64,000 nt of DNA. It comes from Octopus vulgaris. Its lineage: Eukaryota. The position numbers and the translations under genes were made by a program. Position 1 is the stretch's first letter, and every line of letters begins with the position of its first letter. The stretch lies in NCBI GenBank assembly GCA_951406725.2, contig OX597821.1, positions 46,748,001 to 46,812,000 on the forward strand, in the 5' to 3' direction. Below are positions 55,032 to 64,000 of this stretch, piece by piece. The notes under the pieces were generated by a model. That model was given only the letters and a program-made list of their open reading frames with translations. It was not told where the DNA came from and ran no database searches.

Positions 55032-55135
55032 GTACAGATAGACCTACAAACTCACTAACGCCCTTGCATGGAAACAAGTATTCTGATTGATAATGTGCTA
55101 CCAAGTATTTTAAAGACATCGATAAGTGAATAATC

Positions 55136-55402
55136 AGGAGATGGTGGCGACCCCTGTTGTACTCTTTCGCCCCAGCTTTCTCTCACTCTTTCTTGTCCCC
55201 GACTTCCTACGCAACTGCTGAGCCTGGATGCGCATTCACCCATCCGTCGATGCTCTCGGTGTCGGGGGTTGACCTGCTTTCTCTTCTGCGGGTCTTACGA
55301 ATAGCAAAGGACCACGTTTCGGACTTCTCCCATCTTGCGAGCTCTTGCACGAAGACCGTTCGCTCAACAGCAATAGCAACAACAACACCACCAACAACAA
55401 CA
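55136..55402 (+). mobile_element. 5'-truncated SINE with family C body and a third 3' tail ending in (CAA)n
   Basis: GGTGGCGACCCCTGTTGTACTCTTTCGCC..CTTTCTCTCACTCTTTCTT is shared with family C, followed by an unrelated GC-rich tail. Confidence 0.7.
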
Positions 55403-56690
55403 AGAGTATTAGTTTTACCACAGAAACAGCAAAAGCCACAAACAGTGGAATTGAATCGTGTCAATTGAAGAATTCCCTTGTGTTTTGTCTAAGAAACCAC
55501 ACCAAAATTACACAGAGAATGACTGAGTGGAAATGATAGTGCAAAGCCTAACTAATTAGTTCAGTTTCGATTAACAAGTTCCGTTTTATTGAATTCCATA
55601 AAGATTATACATTACCATTAAAATGTCTACATTCCTATCATTGACCCCAATTCCCAATTTCACTCTCCAGAAGAAAGAAAATCTTGTTTCATGTTAACAG
55701 AAAGTGAAAAATTACATCGCCCCAAACCGCAAAAACTGTAATAAATAAGTAAATGAACAAAAGAAAGCTAAATAAAAACATGGGAAACTGTTTACTTAAT
55801 GTGGTAAAATTAAAAATAGATATAAAATCTTTTGTTAAACTAGCAGTTTGTTAATTAATTACTCCGAACATCTTTTATATAAACCATGTTAGATTTCTTA
55901 ACTTGTTAAATTCTTACTCACGTCCAATTGAGAGAAATATAGCCACACAGAAACACATACATGCACGCTCACACAAATATGTGTGTAAGAGTGTGTGTTC
56001 GGGTATATGTATGTATATTTGTATTTATGTATGCATAAATATTTGTATATATGTATGTAAAAATACATTCATACGTATGTATGTATGCATAGATAGATAA
56101 AGATTACATATAATCTATATGCATAAATTTATACATACAATCACAATATTTGTGTGTGCGTGTGTATGAGTGTGTGTTTAAATATATATGCATATTTACG
56201 CACACGCCCCTATATATATATTCATATATATATATATATTCATATATACACGTACATATATATGTACATACACTGGAACCAACAATCAAATAATGACAGC
56301 GAAGTGCACAACAAATTGTCGGCTGTACTTTTGACAAGAAATGTCAGTTAGTCTTTTACACCTACCAGGCTCCTTCGTATTAGCCTGAGTTGCTGGATAA
56401 TTTTTCGTTTCTTTAAGAACATTGTAGAACGGAAACTTTTTATAGTTTGGAATTTAAATCCTAATCTCTATGGAAATTTATTGCTTCAAGATAACATTGA
56501 ATTGGAATTACTTTTAATTTTTACGATTATAGATAACAACTCGTGCTGTAACTTTTGAGCCCGAGTTATTGGCTGCAATTACATACTTGAAGTCAGTGTT
56601 GGCAGAAAATAAATCAGCTTGCAAATACACGTTCACTTTACTAAATTCATACTTGAGCTTAGCCCGAACAACCTGAGTGCCGTAGTCGCC

Positions 56691-56739
<49 letters not shown>

Positions 56740-56742
<3 letters not shown>

Positions 56743-57438
56743 GGTTGCTATAGAGTCACACTCCATCCTGCAATATGTGAAATTGCTAACATTCTCTTTT
56801 TTTTTTTTTATCTCTTTTCAGAACTGCCGATATTACTTACAAACCAATCCTCATTTGATGGAGGCAGATAATCAGCAAGGCTTGGGCAAGGTAATGGTGT
56901 GGGATTTAGCACAATCAAGTAATTGGACCATTTTATTTTGAGGGATGTGTGACAGGTGATTCGTATCTGGACATGCTTAGCAACAAGATAATGTCTCACA
57001 TGCATTCACTTGGAAGGGGAAATTCTGTCTGGTATCAGCAGGTTGGGACTCCGCCCCATTATGCATTACAGGTTCGTGATTTCCTGAATGAACATTTGCT
57101 AGAGACATGGCTCGGGCGTCGAGGGCCAATTGAATTGACACCACGGTTACCAGATTCAACTCCCATGGACTTTCTCTTCTGGGGCTACATTTAATTCCTC
57201 GTGCATTTTGATAAGATTTGTAACAAAGCACATCTTCTTCAAAGAATTGCTAAAGCATGTGAACAAGTCAACAGTAATGAAGAGCTATTTGAGAGGGTTG
57301 ATCACAATTTCAAATCCCGCGTGATCACTTGTTTAGAGCTACATGGCCAACACTTTGAACATTTGTTATCGATTGCCTACTTCATTGTTAATAAAGCATG
57401 CTTGATATCTTCCATGGTGGGTGACTTTGTGGTCACCC

Positions 57439-57440
<2 letters not shown>
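56740..57440 (+). mobile_element. Internally deleted Tc1/mariner-superfamily element, rosa/DD41D type
   Basis: WYQQ(V)GTPPHYALQVRDFLNE..WLGRRGPIELTPRLPDSTPMDFLFWGYI gives 41 residues between the second and third catalytic positions; imperfect TIRs AGGGTTGCTATAGAGTCAC / GTGACTTTGTGGTCACCCT; inserted in (TA)n. Confidence 0.85.
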
Positions 57441-57507
<67 letters not shown>

Positions 57508-57533
57508 ATTCCTATATATATATATATACATAC

Positions 57534-57594
<61 letters not shown>

Positions 57595-57595
<1 letters not shown>

Positions 57596-57686
57596 TTCAG
57601 ATTTACAGAAAACAAAAGATGATGACAAGTGTAGGAACAACAAGCGTGTTAGTTTAACGATCAGGACAAATGGAAAAGTCTTTTAA
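57595..57686 (-). mobile_element. 3' fragment of the pLTR-like family seen at 42632-42845
   Basis: Minus strand TAAAAGACTTTT..TCCTGATCG..AACTAA..CATCTTTTGTTTTCTGTAAA aligns with 42740-42845. Confidence 0.55.
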
Positions 57687-60180
57687 GGGCATACATACGG
57701 GCATATATTTGTATGTGTATGCATGTATCTGCATACTTTTCCATGTGCGCCCGTGAGTGCGCGTGTGTGTGTGCTTTTTGTGAGTGTGTATGTGTGTGTT
57801 TATGTGTGTGTGTGTGAGTGTGTGTGTGTGTGCGTGAGTGTGCATGTGCGCGCATTTAATCGCCATTATAGCTATGTGTTTTGCTTCATGAATATGTGCA
57901 CGCTCATATATTTACGTATATGTTTATAGGTATGTATATGTGCCTGCTAGAAGCTATTTTTCTTATTTCATTAACGTGTTGTAATTGGAATTAATCAGTC
58001 GCGTTCGATCTTGCTTTATGGAACCTAGCTTCTCACGATTAGTTATGAGACGGTTGCATAAGCAAGTGCTCCAATTCACACGTGTATAACTGTATAGTTA
58101 TATCTGAACGGTGAGAAATATATAAACTTAATCACATCATACAATATCACACCTCGCTACACATCTACGTGTATTAGCAGGAATGCTATTAAGTAAATAA
58201 ACTTTGGTAGCTAAGCACATACGTAGAACTGTTGTTAGTCTCATAAGTTTCACGTGCTTCCAACAATCACTAGTCTTTCTCAGAGTAACACAATATGTTG
58301 CTTTCAATTGCCATTCTTCTCTGTCTTCTCCATTTTCTTCCGGTTTTTCAATTTCTTCTACTTTTTTACTTCTAATGCTACTACCACTACTGCTGCTGTT
58401 GCAGCTGTTCTTTCTCCTTTCGCTTTTGTTCTTTCATCACACCGTATGTTTTCTCGCTATCTTCCTCCCTTCCAGATTGTATTTCGCCAAAGAATCTCAA
58501 GATTTATGTCAGTAGTGTCAAGCTGAGCTCCAGCGCTGAAGTGAAAGTGGTGCACTTATCTTCTGAAACAGCGGTATTAAAATATACTATATAATATACA
58601 TAATGAAATGTGTGTATGTATGTGTGTGTGTTTGTGTGTGAGAGCGCGTGTGTTTGTATGTGTACGTGTGTTTGTATGTGTACGTATGTTTGTGCAATTG
58701 TGTGTGCGTGTGTTTGTGCGCGTGCATGCATGTGCATATGTGTGTCTGGGCGCGTGTGTATGCGTGCATTACATTGCGTTTTTTTCTGATTCATCTGTCT
58801 ATCAATCATAAGTGATTGACAAGTCTCAAAGAAACTTTCTTAAAAGAAATGGCTTTACAGCTCCCTACCGCCATCATCACATCACAAACACACGACAATG
58901 GAGAATGGAGATGACAATGTCGCAGCAAATCAAGAAAAAAGTAAGAATAAGATGAAGATATATAATATACATGCATAAGTATATATGTATGGCTGTGTGT
59001 TTATTGCAGAGAAAGGAAGTATGAATTATTGGTAAAAGGAAAGGGAGAGCAAGAGAGAGGGAGAAAGCGAAAGAGAAAGAGAGAGGGAGAAAGCGAAAGA
59101 GAAAGAGAGAGGAGGAACAAAATGAATGGAAGAAAGAAGAGAAAAATATAGAAATACTAAAAGAAAGTAAACAAAGAGGAATGTATAAAAGAGGTGGGGA
59201 ATAGCGAAAGAGAGGGAAAAAATGAGGAAAACAAGAACCGCATATTGTGTCTGTTTCAATATCATCTTCTGTTCATTCATTGACTATCAGATGTTTGCTC
59301 TTTATCTACAGGGATGTATCTATTGTTCTTGCATGGCTTTTCTCTTGAGATTTGACTTTAATTCATCTCTTTACATGATTTCCTACTGTTAAAACAGTTC
59401 ATTCCACTTGACTTACCTAATATTAATTGGTACCCAGCCGTTAACAATGTTCGACAACTGTTTGCCTTTGTTTACTTTCATTTTCTTAGTTCCTTGGTTC
59501 GTGCGTTGTTTTGATTCAGGGATCAACAGTAAGGTCATGCTGCAACACTGACATGTCCAGTCAGATCTCTTGCTCTTTCACTTGTGTTGTTATCGTAACT
59601 CAGTAAAAAAAAAAAAGAACTTGGCTCAAATAATGAGCCACAACTACAAGTTTCTTGATGGTTCCCTATAAAGCGTTCAGAATTGTCTCCTTTCAATGAG
59701 CAAACATTAATGCTAGATAAATTCTAATATTGTTGCCAGAAACCACATTTACTTCTATCTGACGTCGAAAATCTATGAAATGACCAAGTCTTTAGTATAC
59801 GGCTTTCAGAGAAATATCGCTTATACTTTAGGGGAAAGAATCAATCTCAGTAAGAATTCCTTTCAAACATTCGAAATAAAGAACTAAGACACGTTATTTT
59901 CTGTCCATGTATTTGTCAGCATAAGGCGGAGGGATTACAGTCGGATAGAGTCGGAAGAGCCAGCAACACATACAATGTTTTTCAGCAGTTATGTTAATTT
60001 AACTTCTGTGATCAAAGTTAATTTAAGTTTGGGAGTTCAAATAGTCTTCTAGTACAACTGTGTGAACTTGAATCGAGGTAAGAAAACAGTAAACGAGACT
60101 GTCAACATGGTTTCTTTACTCACATACAGAAGTTTCAATTCACACCTTTTATGTAGTCAATGTTATCTTTCTTTGATATA

Positions 60181-60806
60181 CAGTAATTCCTCGACTATTC
60201 AAAACTCCATGCGATAAGTGAAAATCTGCGAAGTAGAAACAGTACTATACAGTATATTAAATTTTTATTTTATAATTTGTATATATCTATTTTATCATAA
60301 ATGCAAAGTGGGGGGGGGGAAGAAAGCACTCCGTCGGTTACGACGACGAGGGTTCCGGTTGATCCGATCAACGGAACAGCCTGCTCGTGAAATTAACGTG
60401 TAAGTGGCTGAGCACTCCACAGACACGTGTACCCTTAACGTAGTTCTCGGGGATATTCAGCGTGACACAGAGAGTGACAAGGCCGGCCCTTTGAAATACA
60501 GGTACAACAGAAACAGGAAGTAAGAGTGAGAGAAAGTTGTGGTGAAAGAGTACAGCAGGGATCACCACCATCCCCTGCCGGAGCCTCGTGGAGCTTTTAG
60601 GTGTTTTCGCTCAATAAACACTCACAACGCCCGGTCTGGGAATCGAAACCGCGATCCTACGACCGCGAATCCGCTGCCCTAACCACTGGGCCATTGCGCC
60701 TCCACTATAAATGCAAAACACCACGGAGGAATCGACGTAAGCTAAAATAATAAACCGCGATAGGTGAACTGCGATAGGTGAACCGCGATATGGCGAGGGA
60801 TTACTG
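60181..60806. mobile_element. pogo/Tigger-like MITE containing a nested SINE
   Basis: TIRs CAGTAATTCCTCGACTA / TATGGCGAGGGATTACTG, TA flanks, subterminal AACCGCGATAGGTG repeats. Confidence 0.82.
60308..60706 (-). mobile_element. SINE family C
   Basis: 11-bp TSD ATAAATGCAAA at 60297-60307 and 60707-60717. Confidence 0.92.
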
Positions 60807-61734
60807 TAAATTGATTTGCTAACATATATTCCAACCTCAGTCAAACATACGACAGTATTTGATTTCAAATATAACTGTAGACTTGATACCGTATCATCTA
60901 ATTTGTATTCTGCATTTAATCACCACGTATTTGTCCTCATCACAAACAAAAGGAAATAGTCTCGCCAATATGAACGACCAAACCAGCGTTTCTTATTACT
61001 TTGACATCGAAGCTTCGACAGACGGTCAGTAGATGGCAGAAGCGGTAGAGCACTAAACAAGGCCTTGCGATATTTATATTCCCATCTGTAGAAAATGAAT
61101 TAAAATCCTGTCTTAGTTTGAGAAAATAAGCACTTTATCGATTTATTCATAAAAAATTACATCTCCTGCACTGATCCCCAAACTGCGACCTACCAACCTC
61201 TCCCCAACAAATATTGGTGGAACTTTTGACGGCCCTCCTCTTCTTTATTAATGAGATAACAAGAACTGATTTTGCTCTCATTGAGTACTTCTTTATTCAC
61301 CAAGCTTAGAGCGTTGGAAACCTCCTTTATTTATCCGCTCCCTTTTCAGTTCTGATAGGGCACTCTCTAAGAAGCACTGATCTAATGCTGACGTGAGAAA
61401 TTATAACTAATTTTAAATATGTTAATTAGTCTTTTATGTGAAATAATTAGTTCTGCTATGCAAACCATTTAGTTCTGTAATGTGAAATATTTAATGCTGG
61501 TGTTGCTGATGCTGCTGGTATGTGTGGTGATAGGGGTGATGGTAGGGGTGATGAAGAGGAATTCATTTCAAACAGATAAGAGATCAGAATAGGTTCATTT
61601 GTGTGAGATCACAGTGTATGATTGCCTATAGAAAAAAGGAAGAAAATTGGGAATGAATGATTCAAGATGGTGTAGAATGAATAATATTTTTAATTCACGA
61701 GTGTAATTAAACATCTAACTTTCTACTTCTAGAG

Positions 61735-61848
61735 ATGTAATGATGATGATGATGATGATGATAACAACAACAACAACAACAAAAATAATAATAATAATGA
61801 TAATAATAATAAAAAAAAATAATAATAATAATAATGATAATAATAGTA

Positions 61849-61932
<84 letters not shown>

Positions 61933-61935
61933 GTA

Positions 61936-62014
<79 letters not shown>

Positions 62015-62020
62015 TAATAA
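61735..62020. repeat. (GAT)n/(CAA)n/(TAA)n compound microsatellite
   Basis: Direct read. Confidence 0.95.
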
Positions 62021-62599
62021 TCTGTGATCATCGGCAAAGAGGATTTATGAAACAACTAAAATATGAAAGAAAATTGGTTCCTAATGTAAATTAGATCAGG
62101 ATACCGAAATATTTCTCTCATATATGAAATACAGGTGATGTCAGGCATGTTGTCGCAGAAAAACAAGCGTGTGATAATACACACAACGTGCGGTGATGCG
62201 ACTTGCCTATACATGAACTGAAGCAATATGCGAGAATGCGATGTCACTACAGAAAAACACTGTAAGTACAAATAATCGTACATGCAATCTCATCTCTACA
62301 CAAATACACATAAATGTAATGTTTATATAATTCACGCATGCACCCGTACACCTCGTACATAAACAAGACAACGTAGAGCACACAGTGTTTAAACAAATTA
62401 AAAGAGGCACATGATAATAACAGTAAATATAAAATGTAACATGTCTCATTTTAAGTAGAGGAAAAACAGATAGGCTCAGAAATAAAACTTCGAAATCAAA
62501 TAAAGGGTAATTTCTGGGCTTGAGGCGCTTAAGATACGAAAACAAAGATAGCATACAAGAGGCGATGACCGGCGGAAAAGTTACCTCTGAACTGGAAGG

Positions 62600-63051
62600 T
62601 CTCTTCTACTAATGTCACTGTCCAAGCGGAGAACAAAACTGATCGTGCAATCGAACACCGTCAGCCGGATATTGTCATATTGAGTAAGAGAGATAAATAC
62701 TGGCAGATGATTGATGTAGCCATACCAAATGACATGAATGTTGTGAGTAAAAAGGTTGAAAAAATCACCAAGTACTCCGAATTGAAGGTGGAAATGGCAA
62801 GAATAAGGAATGCGAAAGGGTTATATAAAAGTGATAGCAGTTGTGATCGGAGCGTTGGGCTCAATCTCATTGAAACTTCAAGACTTCTGAAAGTAACTGG
62901 AAATCCCATGCAAGATTGATTTCTTGGAAAAAACATCCTTATTGGGCACAGAGCACATCTTAAGGTAAGTATTATCTGTTTGAGGTCCTCGTTGTGACTT
63001 GACAGATGACTAAAGACTCCGGTGCATTTTTACCTATATTGTGTTACGAAG

Positions 63052-63052
<1 letters not shown>
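62600..63052 (+). mobile_element. R4/Dong-clade LINE 3' fragment ending in (TAA)n
   Basis: TDRAIEHRQPDIVILSKRDKYWQMIDVAIPNDMNVVSKKVEKITKYSELKVE is an REL PD..D motif; (TAA)n tail from 63053. Confidence 0.85.
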
Positions 63053-63105
<53 letters not shown>

Positions 63106-63110
63106 TGATA

Positions 63111-63196
<86 letters not shown>

Positions 63197-63226
63197 CATT
63201 ATTATTATCATTATTATTATTATTAT

Positions 63227-63680
63227 GAGTAGTGTATGCCATCAAAGTCACACTGGGGTAAAATATTATTATTATTATTATGAGCAGTGTATGCCATCAA
63301 AGTCACACTGGAGTAAAATATACGAAGCCTAGTATACCCATCATTACTACCCGTCTGATAAAGGTACACCAGGCACATGCATCACAACCATATGTGCGTG
63401 ACATGGTGATCTCATATCAAGATAAACAGCACATGACCTTGCAGGTGGGGCCCAGTTAGAATTTTGTTCAGGTCGAGTAACCCATCCCACTCAAAAGGTC
63501 CCTAAATAAGGGTTGTTTAAGGATGTTGAACGAAACACCAATGTTTCACGAGGTGAATTATTCAAACCCCAAAGAATCCCTCTCAACCCATGGCTATGAT
63601 GCTCCCCCATTACTTCTGCTGCTGATCAGAGATGCACATATCGTCAGCCACTAAGGGACATGCTCAACTGGTTAAGGTTA
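63227..63680 (-). mobile_element. Non-coding element with a (TAA)n tail and a duplicated 3' terminus
   Basis: No ORF; the minus strand ends in (TAA)n; the terminal 40 bp is repeated (63227-63266 / 63282-63321). Confidence 0.5.
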
Positions 63681-63689
63681 CACTACCGA

Positions 63690-64000
63690 TAAAGACAAAT
63701 ACAGAATGGGGTGAAACGGTATGGCACATCAATAACGAATGTCCGAAATTGGCACTACGCGAATATAAAAGACGCCATGACAACGTGGCAAGAATGATCC
63801 ATTGGTAGCTCTGTGGAAATCACAGCCTACAAAGAACAAACACGTGGTATGAAAAACACCAAAAGGCGTCATCAAAAATGAGAATTGCAAAATCTTGTGG
63901 GATGCAACGATCCAGTGCGATCTCCAGACCTGACATCGGAAACCTAATATCGTTGTGGTGTATAAAAAAGAAAGAGCATGTATGATAATCGACGTAGCAT
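63690..64000 (+). mobile_element. R4/Dong-clade LINE fragment (runs off the window)
   Basis: GETVWHINNECPKLALREYKRRHDNVARMIHW*LCG..KILWD..PNIVVV..CMIIDVA. Confidence 0.85.

Noticed and set aside
58476-58573. Plus-strand exon candidate (CISPKNLKIYVSSVK..)
   Set aside because: The acceptor is good but the donor (GCG/GTATTA) is weak and there is no homology.
61024-61040. CTCF-like motif TCAGTAGATGGCAG
   Set aside because: It lies in what looks like a decayed SINE head, and a single motif is not evidence of function.

Overview
AT-rich, microsatellite-saturated eukaryotic DNA with no intact host protein-coding gene that I can support. The repeat content points to an octopus (coleoid cephalopod) genome; this is an inference from the tRNA-derived SINE families. 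Almost all ORF-track entries are translations of (TA)n, (CA)n, (TAA)n or SINE sequence. The window holds three abundant tRNA-derived SINE families, five R4/Dong-clade LINE fragments (mostly at (TAA)n runs), and a decayed Penelope-like element with inverted pseudo-LTRs. It also holds mariner DD34D, maT-like and rosa/DD41D relics, and hAT-, Tigger- and Merlin-like MITEs. The most striking signal is a set of minimal hammerhead ribozymes in Penelope-type units that sit as fold-back palindromes. The best case (9.0-10.7 kb) is a tRNA-Ile-like Pol III head plus microsatellite plus hammerhead element, inserted head-to-head. Other notable items are a perfect 140-bp-arm palindrome, a 181-bp duplication flanking one SINE, SINE tail swapping, and a few hairpin and exon candidates. 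All coordinates were read by eye and may be off by a few bases.
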